This document shows positions 53,958 to 64,000 of a DNA stretch of 64,000 nucleotides, one piece after another. The position numbers and the translations under genes are program-made. Positions within the stretch are counted from its first letter, which is position 1. Each line of letters starts with the position of its first letter. Origin of the DNA: a virus (taxonomy: Duplodnaviria > Caudoviricetes); IMG/VR virus record IMGVR_UViG_2913820460_000006, positions 18,803 to 82,802 of that record; one strand, written 5' to 3'. Under the pieces are notes generated by a model. It ran no database searches. It saw only the letters and a list, made by a program, of their open reading frames with translations, and was not told where the DNA came from.

Positions 53958-54641
53958 ATGACCTATGGACAAATAATCTCGATCCTCTTTGTGGCGCTGT
54001 TATGCTACTATGCCTTCTTGATTGTGATGGACATCCAGCGAGCCAAGGCAGCGGAAGCGGCAGAACAAGATAACCATGTAGAGGAGGATATAGACATATC
54101 GGACGAAGCCCAGTCTTTCCGACCTCACAAGGTGAGTCGGGAGGAACCGAAGAAAGAAGAGGAAAAGAAAGAAGATTCTCCAAGCGAGAATGCTTCTGAA
54201 AACAGTCAGCATGACGATGCTTCTCCAACTCAATCGGATGCCGATACTTCACAGGAATGGAAAGAAGAAACCGAAGATGAACAAGAGGAATCAGACAATT
54301 CTGAAGATGTGTACAATGAAATTGAATCTGGTACTACAACTCCTTCACAGGCAACTGAATCGGATAACGAACAGGAAGCAGCTTCTTCCCAATCTTCTGA
54401 TGATGAAACGACCGAGGGAACTGCTGAAGAAGAATCTGAAAAACCTTCTGGCGAACAAGCATCCGAAGAAAGTACCGATGACGACCAACCCTACCGCTCA
54501 CCGACCTATCGAGAAGCCATCCTGACAGACGGCATTTTGGTGGATGACATCTTCAAAGCCATCGACCAGTTGGCCGAAACCGGTGAATGTGACCTGGGTA
54601 CCATTATCTATCACTGCGAAAGCATGCGATATGCCGGGTAA
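53958..54641 (+). CDS. Membrane-anchored acidic conjugative-element protein
   Basis: N-terminal TM then a long Glu/Asp/Ser-rich low-complexity region; directly upstream of traE. Confidence 0.6.
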   Translation: MTYGQIISILFVALLCYYAFLIVMDIQRAKAAEAAEQDNHVEEDIDISDEAQSFRPHKVSREEPKKEEEKKEDSPSENASENSQHDDASPTQSDADTSQEWKEETEDEQEESDNSEDVYNEIESGTTTPSQATESDNEQEAASSQSSDDETTEGTAEEESEKPSGEQASEESTDDDQPYRSPTYREAILTDGILVDDIFKAIDQLAETGECDLGTIIYHCESMRYAG

Positions 54642-54666
54642 TACACCCGATACTACTTGGACGAAA

Positions 54667-54740
54667 GTCCACCGTTCCTTTAGCGACCTCTGATACTTGA
54701 ATGACCTCTGTTTCTTTGGCGACCTCTGTTCCTTTGGCGA
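54667..54740 (+). repeat. Four 18-bp tandem repeats upstream of traE
   Basis: GACCTCTG at 54685, 54703 and 54721 (period 18); consensus GACCTCTGTT(C/T)CTTTGGC; first unit degenerate. Confidence 0.75.
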
Positions 54741-54767
54741 TGAAATCCATTATCAAAGAAATATACA

Positions 54768-55166
54768 ATGAAACAACTCAATCAACTCGTATGCGGAAAC
54801 GAAAGCATCTTCCGCTCTATCCAGCGTTCTTCTGAAAAAGCAGTCAACCGCCTTATGGCCTGCAGTGTGGTACAGAAATGCCTCATGTTCATCTTTGCCC
54901 TTACGGTATCGGTCGGTGAAGCGATGGCAGGCAGCAAGGGAGCCGCAGGCTTTACCAAAGCCACCCAGGAAGTGAGTTCCTACCAGACTCCGGTGTCAAA
55001 CTTGATGAAAGCGATTGCAGCCGTTATAGTTTTAGTAGGAGCTTTTAACGTTTATTTTAAGATGCAGAACGGCGACCAGGATGTCAAGAAAACTATCATG
55101 CTGACCATTGGCGGATGTATTGCATTTATCGCTCTTTCTGAGGCTCTTCCGCTCTTCTTTAAGTAA
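54768..55166 (+). CDS. traE: Conjugal transfer protein TraE (DUF4134, pilin-like)
   Basis: Leader plus two TM; IAAVIVLVGAFNVYFKMQNGDQDVKKTI. Confidence 0.8.
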   Translation: MKQLNQLVCGNESIFRSIQRSSEKAVNRLMACSVVQKCLMFIFALTVSVGEAMAGSKGAAGFTKATQEVSSYQTPVSNLMKAIAAVIVLVGAFNVYFKMQNGDQDVKKTIMLTIGGCIAFIALSEALPLFFK

Positions 55167-55195
55167 TCCAATCTGTCAACATTCTATCCAGAATT

Positions 55196-55486
55196 ATGAC
55201 GATGAATCAGGAGGGTTATCCCGTTTTCAAAGGCTTGCAGAAACCGCTGGAGTTCATGGGCATACGCGGTCGTTTCCTGACTTTGGCAGCAGCGGCCATC
55301 GGTGTGTCATTCGTGGGTTTTATCGGTTTCTCCATCGCTTTGGGAAAGCTTGCCGGGTTCATCGCCATGCTGGTGATGGCAGTGGTCGGATTGGTCACCA
55401 TTTACGTCAAGCAGCGTGGCGGTCTCCACAACAAACGGCGGGCAAAGGGTATCCATGTTTACAAGAATCTGAGACGTAACTCGTAA
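55196..55486 (+). CDS. traF: Conjugal transfer protein TraF (DUF4133, VirB3-like)
   Basis: YPVFKGLQKPLEFMGIRGRF plus two TM. Confidence 0.8.
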   Translation: MTMNQEGYPVFKGLQKPLEFMGIRGRFLTLAAAAIGVSFVGFIGFSIALGKLAGFIAMLVMAVVGLVTIYVKQRGGLHNKRRAKGIHVYKNLRRNS

Positions 55487-55496
55487 AATAAAATGA

Positions 55497-58343
55497 ATGA
55501 TTATGGCACGTACCAAGAAAAGAATATTTGACGGCCTTTATGCGCAGCTGGAGGAAACGGACGGCAATGTCGTCCTTTTTTCAGCCAAGGGGGAACCGTC
55601 GGTTATTTTCGAGATAATCAATCCCGTGCAGCAGCTTTGTACCGATGCGGAGCAGTACATGCTCTTTCAGGATGTGCTCTCCAATGTGGTACAGACGCTC
55701 GGCGAGGGTTATGCCCTGCAAAAACAGGACGTGCTCTGCAAGCAGTCCTACCACCATGAGGTGCCGGAGGATGCAGAGTTCCTAACCAAAAGCTACTTCC
55801 GTTACTTTGAGGGAAGAGAATTTACGGAGATACGTACCTACCTTATCCTCACGCAGGAGGCACAGCACAGCCAGTTCGTTCAGTACGACCCGAAGAGATG
55901 GCTGGACTTCCATTCCAAGGTTTCCAAAGTGAGCGACATTCTCAAGGAGAAGAATATCAAGCATCGGAAGTTGACCAAGGAAGAGGTGAACGAGTATTGC
56001 CACCGCTTCATGGCCTTCCAGTTCCGGCATGGTCCGTTCTCGATGACCAACTTCAAGGCATCAGACGAGTATCTGAAAATCGGCGACCGGGTAGTCCGTT
56101 CTTATCCGCTGGTGGATATAGACGAGATTAACCTGCCTTCGCTGGTGAAGCCCTATACTCAGATGAACATCAACGGCTACGGCATCGCTACGGACTTGTT
56201 CTCTTTTCTGACGAGTGTGCCCCATGCTGATTGTGTGGTGTTCAACCAGGTGGTACAGATACCGAACCAACGAAAATTGCTGAGAAAACTCCAGGCAAAG
56301 GCCAAACGTCACGGCTCCATGCCTGACCCGAGCAACAAGATTGCGAAGGAAGACATTGAGGAAGTGCTGGACCGCCTGGCTGTGGACAGCACGCAGTTGG
56401 TTTATTGCAACTTCAACATTCTGGTAAGCTGCCCGGCAGACAAGGTCACCCCGGTCACTTCCTATCTGGAAACCAAGCTGTATGAATGCGGCATCATGCC
56501 GTCCCGTACCGCCTACAACCAGTTGGAATTGTTTACCGACAGCTTCCCCGGCAACGGCTATGCCTTCAATCCGGACTATGACCTCTTTTTGACGCTCTCC
56601 GATGCCGCTCTGTGCTTCTTTTTCAAGGAACATCTAAAGGGCTCGGAAGATACTCCGCTGACCACATACTACACCGACCGCCAGGGGCTGCCAGTGTGTA
56701 TTGACATCACAGGGAAAGAGGGTAAGGTGAAGATGACGGATAATGCCAACTTCTTCTGCATCGGACCTTCAGGAAGCGGGAAGTCATTCCACATGAACAG
56801 CGTGGTTCGTCAACTATTAGAGCAAAAGACGGATGTGGTTATGGTCGATACGGGTGATTCCTATGAAGGTATCTGTGGTTACTACAAGGGAACCTATATT
56901 TCTTACTCGAAGGAGAAGCCCATCTCCATGAATCCTTTCAAGGTAACAAAAGAAGAGTATGACTTGAACTTCGGGGAGAAGAAGAACTTCTTGAAGTCTT
57001 TGATATTCCTGATATTCAAGGGTAACGACTTTCCAAGCAAGATTGAGGACATGCTCATCAACCAGACCATCGTGGAATACTACGAAGCCTACTTCCAGCC
57101 CTTCACCAAGTTCACCGAAAAGGAACGTGAAGGGTTGAGACAAAAGCTGTTGGTTGCCTCCAAGATGGAAGAAGACTACGACAAGTTCTCCCACAGCATG
57201 GAAGACATTGATGCCCAAATCAGAGAAGCCGAAAGGGACAAGCAGGCAGAAAGCAGGGCACTCATGCTTCCGGCAGAAGCCCGGCGACTCAAGCTGCTCC
57301 GCCAGTGCCGTTCGCTCTATGCCCTTGCCCAGGATGAAGCTGCCAGCAAAGGGGAAAAGGAACGTGCCCTGCAGATTATCGAGAACTACAAGAAGGAACT
57401 CTACAACAACTCCATGCTTATCAAGATAGACAAGCAGATAGACCACATCGAGGAACAGAAACGCAGACTGAAAGTCCGGGAATTGTCCTTCAACTCTTAC
57501 TATGAGTTTGCATTGGAACGCATTCCGCAAATCGTGGCACAGGAGAAGATTCAGTTCAACATCCGAGACTTCGCTGCCATCCTGAAGCAGTTCTACCGAG
57601 GAGGCGAACTGGAGATGACCCTGAACTCCGACCTGGACGTGAACCTCTTCGATGAGCAGTTCATCGTCTTCGAAATCGACAAGATTAAGGATGACCCCGT
57701 GCTGTTCCCGATTGTGGTACTCATCATTATGGACGTGTTCCTGCAGAAGATGCGTATCAAGAAAGGACGAAAGGCGCTGATTATTGAGGAAGCGTGGAAG
57801 GCAATTGCTTCGCCCACCATGGCAGAATATATAAAATATTTGTACAAAACGGTAAGAAAGTTCCACGGCATAGCAGGTGTCGTTACTCAGGAGTTGAACG
57901 ATGTGATAGATTCGCCCATCGTGAAGGAAGCCATCATCAACAACTCCGACGTGAAGATACTGCTCGACCAGACCAAGTTCAAGGACCGCTACGAGGACAT
58001 TGCCGCCATCCTGGGACTGACCCCCATCCAGAGGCAGCAGATATTTACCATCAATGCCCTGAACAACCGGGAAGGACGCAGCTATTTCAAGGAAGTCTGG
58101 ATATGCCGGGGACAATACTCGGATGTGTACGGTGTGGAGGAAGCACCGGAATGCTACTGGGCTTACACTACCGAACGTACGGAGAAGGAAGCCCTCAAAC
58201 TCTATCTGGCCCACTACGGAACCATGCAGGAAGCCATCACGCACATAGAGGCAGACCGCAAACGGGACGGCGGGCATAAGTATCTGGAATTTGCCAGAAA
58301 AGTCAATCAACATCAAAAAGTCATGTCATTATGGTCAAGTTAA
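55497..58343 (+). CDS. traG: TraG, VirB4-family ATPase
   Basis: Walker A IGPSGSGKS, Walker B LIIEEAW, KTVRKFHG...VTQ. Confidence 0.92.
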   Translation: MIMARTKKRIFDGLYAQLEETDGNVVLFSAKGEPSVIFEIINPVQQLCTDAEQYMLFQDVLSNVVQTLGEGYALQKQDVLCKQSYHHEVPEDAEFLTKSYFRYFEGREFTEIRTYLILTQEAQHSQFVQYDPKRWLDFHSKVSKVSDILKEKNIKHRKLTKEEVNEYCHRFMAFQFRHGPFSMTNFKASDEYLKIGDRVVRSYPLVDIDEINLPSLVKPYTQMNINGYGIATDLFSFLTSVPHADCVVFNQVVQIPNQRKLLRKLQAKAKRHGSMPDPSNKIAKEDIEEVLDRLAVDSTQLVYCNFNILVSCPADKVTPVTSYLETKLYECGIMPSRTAYNQLELFTDSFPGNGYAFNPDYDLFLTLSDAALCFFFKEHLKGSEDTPLTTYYTDRQGLPVCIDITGKEGKVKMTDNANFFCIGPSGSGKSFHMNSVVRQLLEQKTDVVMVDTGDSYEGICGYYKGTYISYSKEKPISMNPFKVTKEEYDLNFGEKKNFLKSLIFLIFKGNDFPSKIEDMLINQTIVEYYEAYFQPFTKFTEKEREGLRQKLLVASKMEEDYDKFSHSMEDIDAQIREAERDKQAESRALMLPAEARRLKLLRQCRSLYALAQDEAASKGEKERALQIIENYKKELYNNSMLIKIDKQIDHIEEQKRRLKVRELSFNSYYEFALERIPQIVAQEKIQFNIRDFAAILKQFYRGGELEMTLNSDLDVNLFDEQFIVFEIDKIKDDPVLFPIVVLIIMDVFLQKMRIKKGRKALIIEEAWKAIASPTMAEYIKYLYKTVRKFHGIAGVVTQELNDVIDSPIVKEAIINNSDVKILLDQTKFKDRYEDIAAILGLTPIQRQQIFTINALNNREGRSYFKEVWICRGQYSDVYGVEEAPECYWAYTTERTEKEALKLYLAHYGTMQEAITHIEADRKRDGGHKYLEFARKVNQHQKVMSLWSS

Positions 58344-59068
58344 GATTCCTGTTGATGGCGGTACTGATGCTTGCCGCTTCAACGCAAATGTATGCCGGAT
58401 GGCGCATCGTTGTGGACAAGAACTGCATCAAAATCGTGTCGTCCAACCTTGCCGCCCAGAAACTCATCGAGGAACAGCACAATGCCCGGCTGGACACCAT
58501 CGCCGCCAAACAGCAGAAGGTGGAACTCTATTCGGTCAGCATGGCCACGATGAAGGAACTCTACAAACTGTCGATGCAGAACATCTCCGGTTTCGGTACG
58601 GAGAGCCTGTACTACAAGGAAATCGGCAGCTGTGCCCTCGATATCATCCGGAATGTGCCGGAACTGATAAAGACGGTCAGCAAGGCGAAGTTCACCAACC
58701 AGCTCTACTGCCTGACGGAACTCGGAGGGCTGGTGATGGAAACACAGCAGCTGGTGGGCAACTTCGTAAACATCGTGAACAATGCGAGGATTCCCAATCC
58801 GCTCAAGGGAGAAGGCACTGCCGAGAAGAAGAGCGACGGCTATAACATGCTCGACCGCTACGAGCGAATGTCACTGGCCAACTCCATCTACACCAATCTG
58901 AATGAGATCCGCTACAAGGTGGACGGCATGATGCTCATGGCACAGTATGCCACGCTGAATGACCTCTGCTTTGCCATCGACCCCGAGGGATGGGCCAACG
59001 TGATGACCATGCGCAACCAGGTGGACGGACTCGTATCGGACTGGAACGGACTGGTGGCTGCTAACTAA
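58331..59068 (+). CDS. Secreted helical conjugation protein (TraI/VirB5-like by position)
   Basis: Signal peptide, helical, between traG and traJ. Confidence 0.5.
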   Translation: MVKLRFLLMAVLMLAASTQMYAGWRIVVDKNCIKIVSSNLAAQKLIEEQHNARLDTIAAKQQKVELYSVSMATMKELYKLSMQNISGFGTESLYYKEIGSCALDIIRNVPELIKTVSKAKFTNQLYCLTELGGLVMETQQLVGNFVNIVNNARIPNPLKGEGTAEKKSDGYNMLDRYERMSLANSIYTNLNEIRYKVDGMMLMAQYATLNDLCFAIDPEGWANVMTMRNQVDGLVSDWNGLVAAN

Positions 59069-59082
59069 AAGATGAAAAAGCT

Positions 59083-59781
59083 ATGGAACACTGGAAAAAG
59101 AAATTGGGCGCAATCTGTTTGATGCTATTCCTTCTGGTGCCGGGTACGGCCACCGCTGTAGTCATACCCAAGGACCTGCCGACCATTGAAGCGCTGATAG
59201 CCCTGCACAAGTGCATCAAGAAGGACGAGGACCAGGCACTGGGCAGAGTGGCCACCAGTTTCGGGGAGCAGTCAATGGTCACCAAAGGCGCCAACAAGTT
59301 CAACGAAGTGCGGACCGCGCTAAACACCAAGATGAGCAATGCCCATTCGTACCTGGTACTGGCCGGAGCCATTTCCTCCACCGCCAACTCGCTCTACATG
59401 CTGGTCAAGGAGTACAAGGACTTTACCTCCAACACTTTCAAGCATGTCAAGAAGAAGCCCTTTGTGGGATGGTATTATGCCGATGCCAACGTGGCGATAG
59501 CCCGGGAAGTGAAGCACTGCTACAAGCTCTACGCTTCCGTGGCCGCTTCGGGCATCAACCTGATGAAGGCTTCCATGGACGAGAAGCTGAACCTGGTGAT
59601 GACGCTCAAAGCCACCATCGACAAGGCCCGTTACATCGTGGACAATGCGAACCTCTACTGCTTTCTCATTACCGACTGCGGCTGGAAGCCCGACTACATC
59701 TGGGAAATACTCAACTCCAACGTGAAGGACGAGATAGCAAATCGTGTCATCAATCAATGGAACAAAGGATATGTCAGCTAA
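59083..59781 (+). CDS. Secreted conjugation-associated protein
   Basis: Signal peptide ending ATA; helical; inside the tra operon. Confidence 0.55.
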   Translation: MEHWKKKLGAICLMLFLLVPGTATAVVIPKDLPTIEALIALHKCIKKDEDQALGRVATSFGEQSMVTKGANKFNEVRTALNTKMSNAHSYLVLAGAISSTANSLYMLVKEYKDFTSNTFKHVKKKPFVGWYYADANVAIAREVKHCYKLYASVAASGINLMKASMDEKLNLVMTLKATIDKARYIVDNANLYCFLITDCGWKPDYIWEILNSNVKDEIANRVINQWNKGYVS

Positions 59782-60457
59782 AGCAATCATCACAGGCATC
59801 ATCGCACTGATGCTGATGGGGTGTCCCTATAGCGGACATGCCCAGCGTCCAACCAAGGACAAGGAAAAGGCCCGGCAGTGGCAGTCCATGGAGAACGGTC
59901 CATGGGATTTCGCACCGGACTGGTACTACTTCCTGTTGCACAAGAAATACTCGGGCGCGGAAATGTACTGGAAGTGGGCAGGATTTCAATCCGGCTTCCG
60001 GGTACGTTTCAAGGAGCACAAATCCAACGTGAAACGCATCATGCCCACCCGGGTAACTGCGGAAGAGACCCAGCGGCAGAAAATCAAGAAGGTGGAGGAA
60101 GAGCGGCAGAAGATGGAGGAACTCTATCAGGAGGAACTGCTCCGCGAGGCAGACCGCAACGTGGACCTGATGTTCCCTTCCTACAAGGACGAGTTCAACC
60201 GGATGCAGGACTGCATCACCGACGGACTGCTCTACTGCATGCAGAAAAGCAAGGGCAAGCTCCAGTACCAGGTGGACGAACTGAGCCGCCAGAATGAAAT
60301 CCTCTGTGCCGACATCGCCTACATCCACAAGATGGGAGTCGGCTACGGACTGGAGAATGCCAAGCGGCAGAAGGCTTACGAGGAAGCCCGGCAGAAGATG
60401 GAAGAACTGGTCAAACGGACCGCCAACCTCTGCGCGGTGGCTTCCACGCATTATTAA
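59771..60457 (+). CDS. Secreted conjugation-associated protein (DUF5045-like)
   Basis: Start moved to MSAKAI; signal peptide ending GHA; W.F.PDWYY..LHKKYSGA motif. Confidence 0.55.
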   Translation: MSAKAIITGIIALMLMGCPYSGHAQRPTKDKEKARQWQSMENGPWDFAPDWYYFLLHKKYSGAEMYWKWAGFQSGFRVRFKEHKSNVKRIMPTRVTAEETQRQKIKKVEEERQKMEELYQEELLREADRNVDLMFPSYKDEFNRMQDCITDGLLYCMQKSKGKLQYQVDELSRQNEILCADIAYIHKMGVGYGLENAKRQKAYEEARQKMEELVKRTANLCAVASTHY

Positions 60458-60488
60458 AAGGAATATGTAACGAAAATAGAATGAAAAT

Positions 60489-61637
60489 ATGAATCTACTG
60501 TTAGTACCATTAACCATCGGATTGCCTGCCATTGACGAGAGTCTGGACAAGCTGCTGGTCGCCATGGAAACCTTTCCCAATGTGGCGGTGCTGGGTGATG
60601 CCATCGGACTGGCACGCATCCTCGGCCTGTTGCTGGCGCTCTGTGTAGGCTCCTACGAATGCTGGATGATGATGCTCGGGCGGCGCGGCATGGACGTGAT
60701 GAAACTCCTGCGCATCATCGGCATTTCCATCTGTATCTCTTCTTCCTCGTGGATCTGTCAGGCCCTGCAGGTTCCCGGCAAAGGACTGGAAACCGCTACC
60801 AAGGCCATGGCAAAAGCCAAGAACAAGGAAGTGGCCGCTTTCGAGTTGAAGGTGGCGCAGAAACAGAGTGAATACCTCGACCGGCTGAGAGCCGTACAGG
60901 ACTCCATTTCCACCGCCCAGCAGGTAGCCGCCATCGGACAGGATGCTGCCTGGTGGGACAAACTCATCTACAACGTGGAGAATCTGGGCAACACCATCAA
61001 CAACTATGCCCAGCGGGCAGCCGTGGCGGCTGAAACCAAGATGAGCGAATGGATCAACGATGTCATCCGTTTTGTGGGGGAACTGATATTCCAGATGTCC
61101 TACTACGGCATTCTGGTGGCGCAGCGCATCTTCATGGCCATCCTGATGATTTTCTGTCCCATCATGTTCGCCCTGTCCCTGGCGCCGCCCTGGAATTCGG
61201 CCTGGAGCCAGTGGATGTCGAAGTTCCTTTCCCTCTCGCTGTGGGGCTTCGTCACTTATATGTGTATCTACTACATCGACTTCATTCTGCTCTATAACCT
61301 GCAGCAGGACCTCATAGCTTACAACCACCTGCTTCATGGTTCGGTAAACTCCTGGGAACAGATTGGCGCACTGGGACTGCAGGGCATCGGCTCCAACTGC
61401 ATGTATGCCATGGGAATGCTGGTGGGTGCCTATATCATCCGCTTTGTGCCCGAAGTGGCTTCGTGGCTGATTCCGGGCGGTGTCAGCTCCGGTGCAGGTT
61501 CAGCAGCCGGCAGTACCGTGATGGGCATGACAGCGATGGCAGGAGGTATGGCAGGAAGTGTGGTCGGCTCTGCAGCCGGCGGTGCCGCTTCTTTGGTCAG
61601 ACCGAGCAAATCCAAGAACAGCAACAACAAGAAGTAA
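60489..61637 (+). CDS. traJ: TraJ, VirB6-like inner membrane protein
   Basis: Multi-TM; CPIMFALSLAPPWNSAWSQWMSKFLSLSLW; Gly/Ala-rich tail; precedes traK. Confidence 0.8.
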   Translation: MNLLLVPLTIGLPAIDESLDKLLVAMETFPNVAVLGDAIGLARILGLLLALCVGSYECWMMMLGRRGMDVMKLLRIIGISICISSSSWICQALQVPGKGLETATKAMAKAKNKEVAAFELKVAQKQSEYLDRLRAVQDSISTAQQVAAIGQDAAWWDKLIYNVENLGNTINNYAQRAAVAAETKMSEWINDVIRFVGELIFQMSYYGILVAQRIFMAILMIFCPIMFALSLAPPWNSAWSQWMSKFLSLSLWGFVTYMCIYYIDFILLYNLQQDLIAYNHLLHGSVNSWEQIGALGLQGIGSNCMYAMGMLVGAYIIRFVPEVASWLIPGGVSSGAGSAAGSTVMGMTAMAGGMAGSVVGSAAGGAASLVRPSKSKNSNNKK

Positions 61638-61655
61638 TCACTCAAACCATTCCCT

Positions 61656-62252
61656 ATGCTTATAGAATCCTTAGCACAGAAAACGAAACTCGCCCTGATG
61701 ACGGTGCTGGCCACGATAGGTGGCTGCACCCTCATCTGCGGGTTCACCGTCTGGTGCTGCATCTCGCTCGTGACAAAAGAACGGGAGCAGATTTACATAC
61801 TGGACGGTGACATTCCCTTCCTGGCACAGCGTGCCCAGCTGGAAGCGAACTTCACGATGGAAGCCAAGGCGCATATCCAGCTCTTCCATCAGTATTTCTT
61901 TAACCTGCCTCCCGACAACGACTACATCAAGTGGACGGTCGGCAAGGCAATGTATATGGCAGATGGTACTGCCCTCAAGCAGAAGCAGGCATTGGATGAG
62001 AACGGATTTTACTCTGATATCATCTCTTCTTCAGCGGTGTGTACCATCATGTGTGACTCCATTCAGTTCGACGAACATGAACGGAAATTTACCTACTACG
62101 GAACGCAGCTCATCAAGCGCCGTACTCGGGACCTGAAACGCTCCATGGTCACTACAGGCTACATCGAATCAGTTCCCCGTACCCGGAACAATCCGCACGG
62201 TCTGATGATTACGAATTGGAGGACGCTGGAGAACAAAGATTTAGATTACTAA
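61656..62252 (+). CDS. traK: TraK, VirB8-like
   Basis: EAKAHIQLFHQYFFNLPPD and RTRNNPHGLMI. Confidence 0.9.
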   Translation: MLIESLAQKTKLALMTVLATIGGCTLICGFTVWCCISLVTKEREQIYILDGDIPFLAQRAQLEANFTMEAKAHIQLFHQYFFNLPPDNDYIKWTVGKAMYMADGTALKQKQALDENGFYSDIISSSAVCTIMCDSIQFDEHERKFTYYGTQLIKRRTRDLKRSMVTTGYIESVPRTRNNPHGLMITNWRTLENKDLDY

Positions 62253-62273
62253 CCTATAGAGAATAAGTACCCC

Positions 62274-62765
62274 ATGAAATCATTCAGAAAGACACTTCAG
62301 GAAAGCAGGCTCAAGACGCATCACCTGATACGCTCCTGGCTGCAACCCAAGTTGGGAGCCGTCGGCACCAGGTATCGTCTGGCAGGACGCATCCGTTTGG
62401 CCAACATCTGGGCAAGGAAGCATCCCAGACGCACCTTTGCTTATGTCACCGGTTCGCTGTTTTTCCTGCTGGTAAGTACCGTTTTAATAGATGGTGTCGG
62501 ACAGCAAAATAATCGTGAGCCGGATGTCAGCAGTATTGCCCAGTTGGAACCCGTGTTTGCTGGGTTCCGCACCATTCAGGCAAACAAGAGCATCCATCGT
62601 TCCACGCTGACAGAGTTGACCCATGAAGGGCAGCTGATCCGGGAGGAACTGGACTCGCTCATTGCGATACCACGTAAAAGCCATCAGGACTCCATCCACA
62701 TCGTACAAAGTTACAACCGGCTGGAATCCATCGTCAAATCACTTCAAAACAATGACCATCCATGA
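62274..62765 (+). CDS. traL: TraL-position protein
   Basis: Single TM, between traK and traM; the call is positional. Confidence 0.5.
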   Translation: MKSFRKTLQESRLKTHHLIRSWLQPKLGAVGTRYRLAGRIRLANIWARKHPRRTFAYVTGSLFFLLVSTVLIDGVGQQNNREPDVSSIAQLEPVFAGFRTIQANKSIHRSTLTELTHEGQLIREELDSLIAIPRKSHQDSIHIVQSYNRLESIVKSLQNNDHP

Positions 62766-64000
62766 TCAGAAAAATCAATTTCAAACAGCCCAAGTACATC
62801 TTCCCGTTGGTGGTGTTCATTCCCCTGTGTGCCCTGGTGTACTTTGTGATGCAGACGTTCGGGGGCGGCGAAGATGCCCAGCAGACGGTTGCCACCGACC
62901 GCATCAATACGGAACTGCCGCAAGCCAATGCGGAGGAAGCCGGAGACAAGATGTATGAGATGTCGCGCCGTTTCGGGGACGAGGATGCCTTTACCGCCGT
63001 CGGTGCCATCGGAGAAGAACAGAAAAAAGCCGAAGAATTGGAGCACGGCTACAGCGAAGACGAACTCAACAAGCTGGATGCAGCGGAAGCGGAACGCATC
63101 CGTCAGCAGCAGGAAATGGAGGAACTGGAAAGGTCGTTGGCCGAATCCAGAAGACATATCAATTCCTTTGCATACGGGGACAATGCTCCTTCCGGAAATA
63201 GGTCTGGTAATGGAAGCAGAACCGCTTCATCAACAGCTACTGATGGCTATACCTCACAAGATGACTTCGCTAAAGACCTGGAAGAAATCCAACGCAGGAG
63301 TTACGAACGTCAGAAGGCCATTGAAAGCGGGTTGGGTATCGGGCGCTTTGACCGGGATGAACAGGCAGAGAAGCAGCGGAAGGACTCCATTGCAAGGGTC
63401 CGTCAGGCTGAAAAGGAACGCAACCGCCCAAAGCTTGTCATCAAGTCCGGTGATACCAATGCGGAGAAGTTCCACACAGTGACCTCACCTGATGATGTAG
63501 CGGAAGCCAAGCTCATTCGGGCGATGATTGACCAAACTACCAAAGCCAAGGAAGGTACTCGTTTACGCTTCAAACTTTTGGATGACATTACTGTCAGCAA
63601 TACCAAGTTGAAGAAAGGCACCTACCTGTATGGGACAGTGACAGGCTTTGGACAGCAGCGAGTGAAGGCTACCATTACCAGTATTCTGGTCGGTGATAAG
63701 TTCATTAACGTGAAACTTTCTGTGTTCGATAATGACGGCATGGAAGGGTTCTATGTACCGGAAAGTTCTTTCCGTGAGTTCGTGAAGGATGCCAGCTCCA
63801 GTGCCGTGCAACAGAACATCAGTTTTGAATCGGAGGATGGCTACGGTTCCGGTATTTCCGGTGAAGCCCTGGCACTTCAAGCCTTGCAAAATGTCTATAA
63901 CTCAGCTTCTTCGGCCATCTCGTCCAACATCCGCAAGAACAAGGCGAAAATCAAGTACAACACGATTGTCTATCTGATTAACTCGGAGGAAGCAAGGTAA
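62762..64000 (+). CDS. traM: TraM, VirB10-like
   Basis: KYIFPLVVFIPL TM, coiled coil, IRAMIDQT...GTRLRFKLLDD and FDNDGMEGFYVP; stop at the window end. Confidence 0.9.
   Translation: MIRKINFKQPKYIFPLVVFIPLCALVYFVMQTFGGGEDAQQTVATDRINTELPQANAEEAGDKMYEMSRRFGDEDAFTAVGAIGEEQKKAEELEHGYSEDELNKLDAAEAERIRQQQEMEELERSLAESRRHINSFAYGDNAPSGNRSGNGSRTASSTATDGYTSQDDFAKDLEEIQRRSYERQKAIESGLGIGRFDRDEQAEKQRKDSIARVRQAEKERNRPKLVIKSGDTNAEKFHTVTSPDDVAEAKLIRAMIDQTTKAKEGTRLRFKLLDDITVSNTKLKKGTYLYGTVTGFGQQRVKATITSILVGDKFINVKLSVFDNDGMEGFYVPESSFREFVKDASSSAVQQNISFESEDGYGSGISGEALALQALQNVYNSASSAISSNIRKNKAKIKYNTIVYLINSEEAR

Larger units (their letters stand above)
46640..64000 (+). mobile_element. Bacteroidales integrative conjugative element (left boundary uncertain; 3' truncated)
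   Basis: Integrase, mob region, ParA and a traE-traM T4SS-B operon; GC-richer codon usage than the phage by eye. Confidence 0.88.

Noticed and set aside
56817-58316. 499-aa antisense ORF (also 51154-51810, 59774-60619 and 60510-61337)
   Set aside because: These are shadow frames opposite well-supported tra/mob genes, expected from the ICE codon bias, with no recognisable motifs.
1-64000. Second DGR target (additional VR)
   Set aside because: I did not spot another TR-like copy by eye. A BLASTn of the TR against both strands and the missing part of the prophage is needed to exclude one.

Overview
Bacteroidales-type DNA made of two abutting mobile elements, with no recognisable host housekeeping genes. 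(1) ~1-46.6 kb is a temperate tailed prophage that runs off the left edge. It encodes a giant LPD38-like protein, portal, large terminase, a rhomboid protease, scaffold and major capsid protein, and a 2645-aa tail fibre/adhesin. The fibre is the target of a diversity-generating retroelement (VR 20131-20240, TR 21143-21252, RT 21362-22852; all 15 VR/TR differences are at TR adenines), and a HigBA-like toxin-antitoxin pair sits where avd usually does. Lysis, tail, DNA-modification (PAPS-reductase family protein and a dual-frame cytosine methyltransferase), replication/recombination and cro/cI modules follow. (2) ~46.6-64 kb holds a tyrosine integrase, then an integrative conjugative element (oriT candidate, mob accessory, relaxase, ParA, traE-F-G...J-K-L-M) that runs off the right edge. 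The most striking leads are: a capsid protein with a signal-peptide/TM-like leader encoded next to an intact rhomboid protease; the avd-less, TA-interrupted DGR with a C-terminally extended RT; a 1.1-kb nested reading frame in the methyltransferase; a tRNA-shaped RNA with a remodelled anticodon arm; and a shared non-standard promoter motif ahead of the structural operons. All product calls come from motif recognition by eye; no database searches were run.
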